DNA from: Candidatus Latescibacterota bacterium
GTDB taxonomy: Bacteria > Latescibacterota > CBDEFO01
Length of the DNA stretch: 64,000 nucleotides
Reading direction: 5' to 3'
Assembly: GCA_965248755.1 (NCBI GenBank)
Contig: OZ252149.1
Location: 2,976,001 to 3,040,000 of the forward strand
A model generated the notes under the pieces. The model worked only from the letters and a program-made list of their open reading frames with translations. It was not told where the DNA came from and searched no databases. Every line of letters starts with the position of its first letter. Position 1 is the first letter of the stretch. This document shows, piece after piece, positions 49,342 through 58,867 of the stretch. The position numbers and the translations under genes are program-made.

Positions 49342-49700
49342 CTATATGCAAGACCGCTATTGTAGGGGCAGCCCGGGTGTCTGCCCTGGGGACAGGGTTC
49401 GCCTTTGCGTTGCCCTGCCCCAATCGAACCCCCGTTGGTCATTGCGAGCGGAGCGAAGCAATCTCGTATGTGCTTCCTTTGTGAAAGAACCGAGATTGCT
49501 TCGGGGTGAACGCCTCTTGAGCAAGAGGAATGAACGCCCGATACAATCATTCGGGGGCAGGCCCCCTCGCAATGACTTAATGAAAGCAGTGTCATCGCCA
49601 GCATACGCAGAACCTTGTAGGGGCGAGGTTTACTCGCCCTGGGGGCAGGGTTCGCCCTTGCCTTTCCCTGTCTATTGTCTACTGTCTACTGTCTACTGTC

Positions 49701-50663
49701 TTACGTTCTGTCAAATAGAATGTTAGAGAATCCCCTCAGATGTCGTCCCTTCCTTCTCAGACCTACAGGCTTTACTCTGATGCCTCCATCGTAGTCTCTG
49801 GCGTCCTCCCAGACGAGGGTATTCAATTGGCTTTCGTACAGACTTTCTGCGTCTTCGGCGTAAGGGTCATCCAGCCATCTGTTGGCCGCTGCCAGCCCTT
49901 TAAGATAAAGCAGCCTGTGGTACTTGGCGGGCAGACCTGATGTATCGCTTGTCGAAGAAAGCTCCGAAAGGGTCTTGTAGTAGCGGTATGAAATCTGTAT
50001 TACCTCTCTGGGGTACGGATAGAACAGAGCCTGAAGCGCCCCATTTGAGTCTCTCACTTCACAGTAGATGCTCGGAATCCCAGACGTATTGGCATCCAGA
50101 TCGGGGACGGTCTGCTCCAGGTCCCTTATGTCCATCTTCTTTAAAGCAGGGAAGCTGTGTCCACCCAGAATGAGACTTGCCCCCGGCAGCTTCGTGTGAA
50201 CCATCTCCATTATCTCGTCCACATCAGAGGCAAGGCTGTACTCCCTCTGGAAGATGGAATAGCTCTTACCCGCTGCAGTCGTGCCGATATAGTTTGTGGT
50301 AAGCTCAAGTGATGTATCGTTCGTTATGGAACTTATGACGTAGGTACTATCGTCGCCATCTACTCTGAACCGGTCGCCTGCGTTTACGTTTGCCGAAAAG
50401 GCCGTCCCTGCGCCCGTTACTGTTGCATCACCGTTCGTCACGCTCACAGTACCGGCACTGTAGACGGCCTTCGTCTGAAAGACACCTGTCTTCTGCTGCC
50501 AGCGGTATCGCCTTCTGGAAAGCACATCCTCCTGCGCCCGATTGATCTGATCTATTATGACCCTGGTAAGCCCCAAGGGACTCCCTGGAATAGAGCCTAA
50601 AGTCGGCTCGTGGACCTCTGTGAGCACCTCATTTACCAGCGCTAGCAAAGTTCTGGATGGCAT
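49701..50663 (-). CDS. Head-tail adaptor (tail tubular A-like) with inserted beta domain
   Basis: TLL.LVNEVL, INRAQ..V...RYRW, YSL.SD, FYPYP, LP.KYH motifs. Confidence 0.75.
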   Translation of the reverse strand: MPSRTLLALVNEVLTEVHEPTLGSIPGSPLGLTRVIIDQINRAQEDVLSRRRYRWQQKTGVFQTKAVYSAGTVSVTNGDATVTGAGTAFSANVNAGDRFRVDGDDSTYVISSITNDTSLELTTNYIGTTAAGKSYSIFQREYSLASDVDEIMEMVHTKLPGASLILGGHSFPALKKMDIRDLEQTVPDLDANTSGIPSIYCEVRDSNGALQALFYPYPREVIQISYRYYKTLSELSSTSDTSGLPAKYHRLLYLKGLAAANRWLDDPYAEDAESLYESQLNTLVWEDARDYDGGIRVKPVGLRRKGRHLRGFSNILFDRT

Positions 50664-50789
50664 ATTTTATTTCCTTAGTTTTTGGTAGTGGGTCAGACCC
50701 CCCTTTAATTTCCCTCTTACCAAGGGGGGATACAGGGGCGTTCCTGTCTGACATCCTTAGGGGGCAGCCCTCGCCCCTACATTCTTGAT

Positions 50790-51059
50790 CTACGCATAAT
50801 GCACAAAGACAGACGGGCTCGTGCCCGTCAAAGTCGCATAGACACCGATGTCAATTCTGATTCCCTCTGGGAAAGAGACGTTCACCGTAGTGTTCGCGGA
50901 TGCCTTAAGCGTCACTATCGGATTACCGCTGCCTGCTGTATTGTCATATAGAGCCGCCGAAGCAGCATCAGCGCCAGCAGTCAGCGTGGCCCCTTGTACA
51001 TTGGCAAGGCCTGTAGTAACCTGCCCTGAGGTCGTTCTTTCTTTAGTAAATCCTGCCAT
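50790..51059 (-). CDS. Small virion protein
   Basis: Beta-rich 89 aa; P.GIR...GVY pattern seen in podovirus head regions. Confidence 0.6.
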   Translation of the reverse strand: MAGFTKERTTSGQVTTGLANVQGATLTAGADAASAALYDNTAGSGNPIVTLKASANTTVNVSFPEGIRIDIGVYATLTGTSPSVFVHYA

Positions 51060-51107
51060 ATTCTATCACCTTTTTGTTTATGGTAGACAGTAGATAGAGA
51101 CAGATGG

Positions 51108-51188
51108 CACGACCAAAACGGGTCGCAAAAGGGGGCCGACCACAGCGGGTCGGCTAAGAGGGCCGACCAAAACGGGTCGGCTAAGGGG
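51108..51188. repeat. Three tandem hairpin units ccgacc-N6-ggtcgg (26-bp period)
   Basis: Directly visible. Confidence 0.75.
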
Positions 51189-51260
51189 GTCCTCCTACCT
51201 ACTGTTCTACTGTAGGCCTCCTGTCTACTGTTCTACTGTCTACTTGTTTCCCCTATACTA

Positions 51261-52220
51261 CTATGCTGCAGTAGGATCGATTTTAGCGCCGCCTGCCGCG
51301 TCTCCGACGTAGTTTTCGACTACCTGCTCAGGGTGCCTGTCCTGAGTGACTGCAGTCGCCGAGCAGTTGGCAAAGTAGTTTCTGGCTATGACTCCCAATG
51401 GGGAGTTTGCCTCTGCCGCCTCAAAGGTGATTCCCACTTCATCACCGGCGTCAGTTGCGCCCAGGAAGAAGTTATCTACTATGAACGCACCGTATCTGGT
51501 CGTCGCATTTGTCCTGGTGGGCACAGTTATCGCAGTATCCCCGTCGTCCATCATAAAGAAACAGTCCTTTATGATCGGCCTTGTCGAATCCCAGACGATG
51601 TCAGCGCCGTCAAATCCGGGAGCAAAAAAGCACCGCTCGATTATACACTCGCCGGCGTCGTTTGTACCATCTCCCAGACGTATTCCGTTGCCTCCTGCCT
51701 GTTCGTTCCATCCTGCAATAAACATGTCGTGAAGATACGTATAGTTGGTCGCTGCTGTGTCTGCGATATCAATGATACCGTGGAGAGCTTGAGCGCTTAC
51801 ACCGATCCTGAAGAACCCTATTTCTACATTATCAGCCTCTACTGCCAATAGTTCATTGACATTACCGCTTGGCCCGTTCAACGATGGACAGCCGTACCCG
51901 TAGGGCGCGGGCGGATAGCCCAGAAGCCGGATATCGTCCTTATCGATAGTAAGAACACCACCGGGCGTATGCGTCCCCCGCAAAAGAACGATCGTATCCC
52001 CTCTTCCTGAAACACACGAATCGAGGGCTTTCTGGACGGTGGCCAAGGGAGTTAAAGGGCTTGCCCCATCGTTATTGTCAGAAGGACCTTTGCCCTCCGG
52101 ATGGGCTACATGCCCTGTGGTAGGCGCTACAAAGAATGTCTTACCTGTAAGAGAGGAATAGTAACTATTCCCCCCGATGATAGCGTCAACGCTTAATACA
52201 CCGAAATTTGTCAATCCCAT
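51261..52220 (-). CDS. Pectin-lyase-like beta-helix virion protein
   Basis: FFVAP...SD.NDG.SP..PLATVQKALD......GDTIVL..G cap motif. Confidence 0.75.
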   Translation of the reverse strand: MGLTNFGVLSVDAIIGGNSYYSSLTGKTFFVAPTTGHVAHPEGKGPSDNNDGASPLTPLATVQKALDSCVSGRGDTIVLLRGTHTPGGVLTIDKDDIRLLGYPPAPYGYGCPSLNGPSGNVNELLAVEADNVEIGFFRIGVSAQALHGIIDIADTAATNYTYLHDMFIAGWNEQAGGNGIRLGDGTNDAGECIIERCFFAPGFDGADIVWDSTRPIIKDCFFMMDDGDTAITVPTRTNATTRYGAFIVDNFFLGATDAGDEVGITFEAAEANSPLGVIARNYFANCSATAVTQDRHPEQVVENYVGDAAGGAKIDPTAA

Positions 52221-52637
52221 CAATTCTCCTCCTTATGCTTAAGTAAGTAGTATACACAATGTAGGGGCGAGGTCATCTCGCCCGCAGTAGGCAGGGAGGG
52301 GATGAGGTGCTTCCTGCCCCCGACTTGATCGGGGGTTACCCCGCCTAACGTGTGTTTCCGTAGGGTCGAGAGCACTTCGTGCCTTTCTGTCTCTGCTCCC
52401 CAGCAAGGCTCCGTGCCCCCATCCTTGGAGATTGCTTCGGCCCGATTGAGCCATTCGGGGAGAGGCCCGATAGATGCAATCGGGGGCGCTCGCAATGACG
52501 TTACTTAGTTTGGGTCATTGCGAGGAGATTCTTCCCTGTTGATCAAGAGGGGCTTCACCCCGAAGCAATCTCGGTTACAATAGACACGATGTAGGGGCGA
52601 GGTCCACTCGCCCCCTTGCCTTACCTGTCTACTGTTT

Positions 52638-53540
52638 TTATGCTCCTGGAGATCCGAAGACGCCCCTGAAGTCGCTCCATCCCACGCCAAAGCGCATAGT
52701 GCCCTTTATCTTCAGATCGCCTGTATCGAAGTCCTCACCCGGCGTCACGGTAAACCTCTTCCTCCAGAAGAAATTCAGTTCGTGATCGTCCTTTTCGCCT
52801 ACTAAGAACCAGGCGTCAGGGTCGGTCAGATAGTGCCACACAAATGGCCGTAAGCTTAACATCTGAAAGGCGTTTTCAGCGTTATTTGCCGTATCGGGAC
52901 GGCCCGAAGACTTCAAAAGCTCGAAGGTGTCCCACTCTGACTCGTTAGGCACGACTAAAAGTCTCGGCTTTACGGCCATCTTCAGCCCTGCGTCATCTGT
53001 AAAGTCCTCAAAGTCGTTTATCGCCTGACGAAGCGACGTGACGGAAAGGTCGGCGTCGGTTGAGAGCTTGTTCTGCTCGGTGCCGCCTGCCTTTACAAGC
53101 GGGTGGTCTGTCGCAAATAGTGGCTTAGCGTCAGCGCCGGGGTAGCTTGTGTTGAAGCCGTTATTGAAGACATCGGCGGTGACGATCTCGACAGTCTGAG
53201 CCGCAGACCTTCCTAATGCCCTTGCCATCCGCCTCATAGGGCTGTAGAAGTCGTCCTCTCTCATCTCCTCTGATACCCTGAAACCGAGTCCGTAGGTAAC
53301 ATGAGTGTATCGCTTTTTGAACCCCTGAACAGGGTCATCGTAGCTGATCGCCTCACCTTCGTCCTTTGTGGAGAAGAGCCCCAATCCGCTGACCGAAGCG
53401 TCCTCCTCGTACTGACTGTCCGAGGAGTGGACGTTGAATATGAAAGAGTATTCCTCTGGATAGGACTTATACTTATTGAAGATGACCTTCCTCAATCCAG
53501 CGGCTAACAGAAACTCGAAGTTTGGCGAAATTGATGCCAT
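52638..53540 (-). CDS. Major capsid protein (HK97 fold, Mu gpT-like/podovirus type)
   Basis: GL...K.EG..I.YD, YGLGF.VSEE..EDD, AD..PLF.TDHP, YLTD.DAWF and G.SD.RG.FGSPGA motifs. Confidence 0.9.
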   Translation of the reverse strand: MASISPNFEFLLAAGLRKVIFNKYKSYPEEYSFIFNVHSSDSQYEEDASVSGLGLFSTKDEGEAISYDDPVQGFKKRYTHVTYGLGFRVSEEMREDDFYSPMRRMARALGRSAAQTVEIVTADVFNNGFNTSYPGADAKPLFATDHPLVKAGGTEQNKLSTDADLSVTSLRQAINDFEDFTDDAGLKMAVKPRLLVVPNESEWDTFELLKSSGRPDTANNAENAFQMLSLRPFVWHYLTDPDAWFLVGEKDDHELNFFWRKRFTVTPGEDFDTGDLKIKGTMRFGVGWSDFRGVFGSPGA

Positions 53541-53704
53541 CTATTTCCTCCTTTTCTAAACGTGCGTTCTCGTAGGGGCACGCCCGATAGAGTCATTCGG
53601 GGACAGACCCCCGATGGGATCGTTCGAGGGCAGGCCCGTGTGTCTGCCCTAAACAATTGAGAGACTTTGATGCGGTAGGTCAGACATTCCTGTCTGACAC
53701 TAAA

Positions 53705-54211
53705 TTACACTCCAGTTGTCTGCTTGAGCTGATGCTCGTTGATCTGTACAGCGATCCTGGCCCACGATCCCCATGCGTTTCCGACGACCTTATGGAGACC
53801 TAAAACCCTCAATTGAGCAGAGCCAGTCGTAACCCCGGATATATCCAGTTCGTGCCCGGACAGTTTGCTGTCCACATCTCCCGTTCCGGCGACTACGTCT
53901 GCGTTGTTTCCCACGTGAGTCTGCGCAGATGCAACAGCAGCTCCGTCGTCCTGGACAGAGAAGACAGTGTCGGGGTCATCATAGACCCAGACCGAGTCTG
54001 TCTTAGAAGCGGTGCTGAAGTTTCCCGCTACACCCAAAAGGGCATTGCCGGCCGCAGCCGCAGCCACGTAGCCGTCCGCCTCCAGCTTTACGGCATCTCC
54101 GATGTAAATTGCTGACGCCGAATTATCCTTTGTATACTTGACGAGCCTCGGCGGTCCGCCCTGCTTGGTCTGGATCGGACTTAACCCTCTCGGACTATCT
54201 ACATTTGCCAT
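53705..54211 (-). CDS. Capsid cement/decoration protein
   Basis: MANVD.P.GL.P, IYIGD.V, VYDDP...F..Q, INEH; immediately upstream of the MCP. Confidence 0.75.
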   Translation of the reverse strand: MANVDSPRGLSPIQTKQGGPPRLVKYTKDNSASAIYIGDAVKLEADGYVAAAAAGNALLGVAGNFSTASKTDSVWVYDDPDTVFSVQDDGAAVASAQTHVGNNADVVAGTGDVDSKLSGHELDISGVTTGSAQLRVLGLHKVVGNAWGSWARIAVQINEHQLKQTTGV

Positions 54212-54281
54212 CTTTACCTCCTTTTCTTGCTCTAACGAGCGTTTTTGTACGGGCGTGGCAATCTCGCCCCTACATCCTTAT

Positions 54282-54731
54282 TCAGCGTTGGATACTTAAT
54301 CTTCCGAAGACGAACTCTTCGGCTTCCTTTTTACTCATTCCACCGCGTGTCAGGGCGTGCTGAGCCCTGTCTATAGCCTCGTCAACATCGTCCACAAGCT
54401 TTCTGACTTGAGATGAACTTTCCTCCTGGAAGTGCCTGTTCCTTTTTTCCGCCAACTCCTCGGGCATCTCACAGAGGGTCATCTCCCTGCGTTGAATACC
54501 GGAGGTCAACTGCGATCCACTCTGGGGATCGTGTTGTTTCTTCTCCTTTGCCTGGACGGGATTCCAACCGTCGTACTTTTTAGTCTCAAGGTTCTCAGTT
54601 ACGACCCATCTTAAGCGTTTGCCCTCCTTTTTCTTCTGCTCCTTAAGATCAGAATCGAGGGCCAGAAGATCAGGTCTTGTCCACTCGGCTACCACCTCTA
54701 CCCTATCTTTTCGTTCCTTTCCTGTTCCCAT
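54282..54731 (-). CDS. Conserved podovirus head-region protein
   Basis: LRWV...GW.PV...LCEMPEE....RN pattern. Confidence 0.65.
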   Translation of the reverse strand: MGTGKERKDRVEVVAEWTRPDLLALDSDLKEQKKKEGKRLRWVVTENLETKKYDGWNPVQAKEKKQHDPQSGSQLTSGIQRREMTLCEMPEELAEKRNRHFQEESSSQVRKLVDDVDEAIDRAQHALTRGGMSKKEAEEFVFGRLSIQR

Positions 54732-55393
54732 AGTGCTCTCTGCTCCTTTAAGATATTTATAGTTGACTGTTCGTACGACTGCTTGATATGCAAGAGAGAA
54801 GCCCGGCAGATATGATCGCACGGGACATCCAGATTTACGGCTACACTAAACCCACAAGCCTTCGCCTTTATGCAGAAATAGAGATCTGATCCCACCTTGA
54901 CTGTCCCATCTGCGTTTAGCCACAGGTCGAACGGTATCTTCATTTCGGCATGCTCCAGGACCCTTCTGTGTATCATAATACATCCTGCACCGACGGCATC
55001 TACTTCACAAATCCCGCCAAAGACTTCCGGATTGACGATAGTAAAGGCTTCATCTTCGGAGTTGTAGTAGTATATACAGGGGCCTGGAACGTCTAATGGC
55101 TTATAAGTTGATAAGCACAGCCCGCCGCAGATGTCGTGTCCAGACGTGGCTAATTTGAGAGGGTCTGTAGTCGGAACGACATCATCATCGATCATCAAGA
55201 GCCATTCTTTATCCGCCTTAAGGAAATCGGCAACTATGGCGTTTCTTACCACGTGCGATCCTTGATGTCCGTCCTTGAAGCTTATATATAGATCGGGATA
55301 AGCCTTTCGGAGCGTCAAAATATGCCTGACAGTCCCCCGGTGCAGCCATCCTGTAGTCGGAATTGCAAGGAACACGTCTTTGGGATTTACCAT
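54698..55393 (-). CDS. GT-A fold glycosyltransferase
   Basis: FLAIPT, RNAIV..FL, LLMIDDD, GAGC.MI.R.V, GSD..FC motifs. Confidence 0.8.
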   Translation of the reverse strand: MVNPKDVFLAIPTTGWLHRGTVRHILTLRKAYPDLYISFKDGHQGSHVVRNAIVADFLKADKEWLLMIDDDVVPTTDPLKLATSGHDICGGLCLSTYKPLDVPGPCIYYYNSEDEAFTIVNPEVFGGICEVDAVGAGCIMIHRRVLEHAEMKIPFDLWLNADGTVKVGSDLYFCIKAKACGFSVAVNLDVPCDHICRASLLHIKQSYEQSTINILKEQRALWEQERNEKIG

Positions 55394-55663
55394 TATCGTT
55401 TCCTATCTACTGTCTATTGAGCGAACACGTGAGCCTGTCCCCGAAATGAATGTCATTCCCGTGGAAACGGGAATCCAGGGATGCCATGAAACCCTACTAC
55501 CTGTCCCCGAAAGGTTGAAGCGGGGGCCTGCCCTCGAACGATTCTATCGGTGATTCACCCCGAAGCAATCTCGCTAAACGTTCGTTTTTCGTAGGGGCAG
55601 ACCCGTGTGTCTGCCCTTGCCTTCTTTGGGTCATTGCGAGCGAAGCGAAGCAATCTCATCTGT

Positions 55664-56410
55664 CTACTGTCTACTGCTTTTAAATCCTTCTCTTCTCATC
55701 TCGGACGCACCGTCTACCAAATCCTTTTCGGAGAGCCCTAACTTTCTTGCTATCGACCTCCCGATAGCTCCCACACTTTCTTTTTCTTCTTTCGGTGAAG
55801 AGGGGCTCTCGACAAAGGGCATAGAGTATTCAATGGACGTCTCACTTTCCGCCATCGCATCATCCACTGTCTGCTCTTCCCTTGCTTCTTTTTCCTTTCC
55901 CTGTCTCCCCCGATTGAATCTATCGGGGCCTACTGTTTGCTGTCTACTTGCCTTGGACGCCCTGGCTAACCGATAGGCAATATCCAGAGCAGATGTCAGA
56001 TCGATCTGGCTTAAGCGTTGCAAAGCAGGCGTCCTTTGAGTCACCTCTATCATCTGTGGTATCATCTCGTTGAAGTCCTCGTAGCGTTGAGAAGGAGATT
56101 CGAGCTTTACGGACTTCGCCTTTTGGCTTTCTTCTTTGAAGAGTTCTTTACCCTTTCCCTGAGTGAGTTGATCCCCGATTGAATCTATCGGAGACCCTTC
56201 AGCCCGACGTGCGTCATCAGGTTCGGCGGAATCTTCCAGAATATTCGTATCGTGTAAGTACGATTCAACGACCTCTTGGTGATCCTCCCGGGACAGCCGA
56301 GGATCGTCGCCTGTATCCTCTTGTTCATCACGGACTTGCACCTGATCTTTTATGTCATCATCCTTGGTCTGCAAAGGCTCAGTCTGTAGAGATTCAGTCT
56401 GTAGAGACAT
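55664..56410 (-). CDS. Putative capsid scaffolding protein
   Basis: Acidic, helical, between portal and capsid genes; C-terminal IARKLGLSE. Confidence 0.65.
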   Translation of the reverse strand: MSLQTESLQTEPLQTKDDDIKDQVQVRDEQEDTGDDPRLSREDHQEVVESYLHDTNILEDSAEPDDARRAEGSPIDSIGDQLTQGKGKELFKEESQKAKSVKLESPSQRYEDFNEMIPQMIEVTQRTPALQRLSQIDLTSALDIAYRLARASKASRQQTVGPDRFNRGRQGKEKEAREEQTVDDAMAESETSIEYSMPFVESPSSPKEEKESVGAIGRSIARKLGLSEKDLVDGASEMRREGFKSSRQ

Positions 56411-56424
56411 CGCATCCTCCTTGT

Positions 56425-56694
56425 TTATCTTTTCCTTAGCGTAATTGAGATAGTTATCGTGTTCTCGTCCTCATTCGACTCTATTTTCATAGCGCTGCAC
56501 ACCGTTTGGAGGGCCACAGAGACTGCGCCCTCGATAATCTCCTCGAACACGCCTACAGCCTTCATGCTCATCAAAAGATCACATTTGATATACGCTTCTA
56601 ATTTGTCCGACACGGTCTTTTTGATCGAAGGGATCAAAAGGTCGGCAAGCTTAGCCTGCTTGGTAGCCTTCTGGGTCTCAGTCTGTTGAGACAT
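56425..56694 (-). CDS. Phage hypothetical protein
   Basis: RBS ggagg; co-oriented in the operon. Confidence 0.6.
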   Translation of the reverse strand: MSQQTETQKATKQAKLADLLIPSIKKTVSDKLEAYIKCDLLMSMKAVGVFEEIIEGAVSVALQTVCSAMKIESNEDENTITISITLRKR

Positions 56695-56941
56695 CGTTGA
56701 GTTTTCCCTCCTTTATCACCTGTTTGGGGATACTCATAATCTCCAAAGCCGCGTGGAGTTTCCCCTTATGATAGAGCACCTCTTCCCACGAATGGCTACT
56801 TATGACCTTGTTCGTCTCCATTTCCCTGTAAGCCTCAATCCTTTTGGATAGTACCTCCCATCCGGGGTGGCGCATAAGTTCCTCTATGATCTCAGTGTCC
56901 TCTATACGCTTGGTCTTTTCCTTACTCGATGTTTTCATCAT
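56678..56941 (-). CDS. Portal-adjacent small protein (Bbp19-like)
   Basis: L..HPGW.......KG pattern typical downstream of podovirus portals. Confidence 0.6.
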   Translation of the reverse strand: MMKTSSKEKTKRIEDTEIIEELMRHPGWEVLSKRIEAYREMETNKVISSHSWEEVLYHKGKLHAALEIMSIPKQVIKEGKLNDVSTD

Positions 56942-58787
56942 CAGATCCCTGTAGAGACTCAAGATAAGACGTCAAGCCAAGCGTTGACGCTTTTCCGTCA
57001 CGTTGTGCGGTTTTTCTATTGCGACTCCGTTTACGACCATTTTGTGTCGAGCGTTGATCTCGAAGCGTCTCCTTGGGTCTTTGACCTATAATCCCCGCGA
57101 TATCCTTTTCGTCGTGTGCCAAAAGGAGTCTCCTTGTGACCTCAAAGACCCTGGACGGATCGCCCTTAATCAGAGAATTATTGATCAGGCGGTCGTACAG
57201 AAAGACAGAGGTCTGCCTTTGGGCCTGTTTATTGATACTTTGAGTATTGCCAGAGAGTATATAGTCGAATTTGCCCTGGATAGATTCCCTTGGGATCTCC
57301 TCAAATACATCCTTCCCGTCTTTTCCTGTAACACGAATTACAGTCTCTGGAGCTATGTACTGCTGATTGATCTGCACGACCTGCTCTAAGAACTCCCTGA
57401 ATGACTCCTGTATTCCCTTGATGATTAGATCTATTCTGGCATTTGCCTCCTGGATAACCGCCATTGTCCCTGTAGCCGTCCTTGGGGCATTAGGTGTGTC
57501 GGGAGACCTTCCCACAAGAAAGTCAGAAATGCCGAGGATACGCTCGATGTAAGCCAACACCAGTTGCTCTTCGTTAAAGTAGAAGGACGTCACATCGGGG
57601 TGCTTCGGGAAGAGAATCCCGTTTACGTCAGACACAGCGTATCCCCTTCCCGGTTCGAGGTTAAGTGTCTCGGGGAGTCCGGTCGAAGTCGGCTCGTAGA
57701 AGAAATAGGGGATATTCGTAACCGTCCCGGAATCTATCCTTTGATTGTGTAGGGCATTTATCTCCTCCTGGAGGTCCCTTATCCTTTCTGGTATCCCGAT
57801 GGAGTAGAACCTTGCGGGGACCCGGACAAAGTGGAAGTCTATAAATGGCCGTTTCCCGTGTTGAAAGAGATCGTCCAGAAAGACAGCCCTTAATAGCCTT
57901 CTTGCCTCCTTTGCCACCGTAAAGACACATTCCTCCTCGAAGCCGTCTTCATCAACATCGTATCTTCCGTACCACTCCAATATCTCTATTTCATTTGCCT
58001 CATCCGATCCAGTGGTTGTAACCCCTTCCAGATCGTCCTCTACCACTCTGATAGCATCTTGAGGATCAGACCTGCTATTGTCGTCTGCAAAGACCTTGAG
58101 ATCCTCATCCACATTTTGGTATATACCCTCCACTGCTCTCTTTTTGAGGTCATCGAATCTGACCCAGCACCTGTGGATAAGGTGATCGCAGCTTTGCAGA
58201 TCTTTAGCATTAGACGGGATTATAAGATCGGCTGTATCCACCACCTCGAACCTCGGCCCCTCATATACCACGATCTCTTTTTTATTTCCTTTCGCTGTGA
58301 CTGTAGGGGCAGCAGGCCCATGTGTTTGCCCTGATCCATCTTCCCTCACAGTCCGCGTCACCCTCTCCCACGTAAGCTTACCACAAGCAGTGCCGTCAAT
58401 TAGGGTCAGCGTAACGATGTCGTAGAAAGTCCAGTAGACCTTCATGTGATTGTTCAATTCCCAGTGCAGAAACTGCTCAAGGATCCTTGCCCGTTCGACA
58501 TCGCCCTTTTCTATCGCCCTGACATTAGCAACAGGCGAGGAGTCAAAAAGAGCCTTCATCAACTTGGGTGTAAGCGTATCCACAACCGTACCCGTCACAG
58601 GGACGTGGAGATTGGAGGCGTTCTCCCATGGCCACGACTTCGGCTCGGTTACGCCCCTGTACTGTTTTCTGTAATCCGCCCTCTTGTGGAGCCATTCGTC
58701 CCTGTTTTGCGTATCGCGGTTGTAGTCGTCCAGGACCCTTTGGACGATCGCCTCTTCCATAGTCTCCGTCAGTTTGATTTGTCCCAT
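56922..58787 (-). CDS. Portal protein (P22-like)
   Basis: PW..ASNL..P, GTA..K..W, RFY.IG...I.DLQ..IN..HNQ.ID, TATG motifs. Confidence 0.88.
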   Translation of the reverse strand: MGQIKLTETMEEAIVQRVLDDYNRDTQNRDEWLHKRADYRKQYRGVTEPKSWPWENASNLHVPVTGTVVDTLTPKLMKALFDSSPVANVRAIEKGDVERARILEQFLHWELNNHMKVYWTFYDIVTLTLIDGTACGKLTWERVTRTVREDGSGQTHGPAAPTVTAKGNKKEIVVYEGPRFEVVDTADLIIPSNAKDLQSCDHLIHRCWVRFDDLKKRAVEGIYQNVDEDLKVFADDNSRSDPQDAIRVVEDDLEGVTTTGSDEANEIEILEWYGRYDVDEDGFEEECVFTVAKEARRLLRAVFLDDLFQHGKRPFIDFHFVRVPARFYSIGIPERIRDLQEEINALHNQRIDSGTVTNIPYFFYEPTSTGLPETLNLEPGRGYAVSDVNGILFPKHPDVTSFYFNEEQLVLAYIERILGISDFLVGRSPDTPNAPRTATGTMAVIQEANARIDLIIKGIQESFREFLEQVVQINQQYIAPETVIRVTGKDGKDVFEEIPRESIQGKFDYILSGNTQSINKQAQRQTSVFLYDRLINNSLIKGDPSRVFEVTRRLLLAHDEKDIAGIIGQRPKETLRDQRSTQNGRKRSRNRKTAQRDGKASTLGLTSYLESLQGSDDENIE

Positions 58788-58867
58788 AGCCTTTCCCTGT
58801 GAAGATGATTTAGAGGGTTTTCTATCTACTACTCGCTCGTATACTATTCATTTGTTCATATAGAGTA

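Noticed and set aside
49100..55670. CRISPR array among the intergenic repeats
   Set aside because: Repeats are palindromic, irregularly spaced and lack unique equal-length spacers; no cas genes
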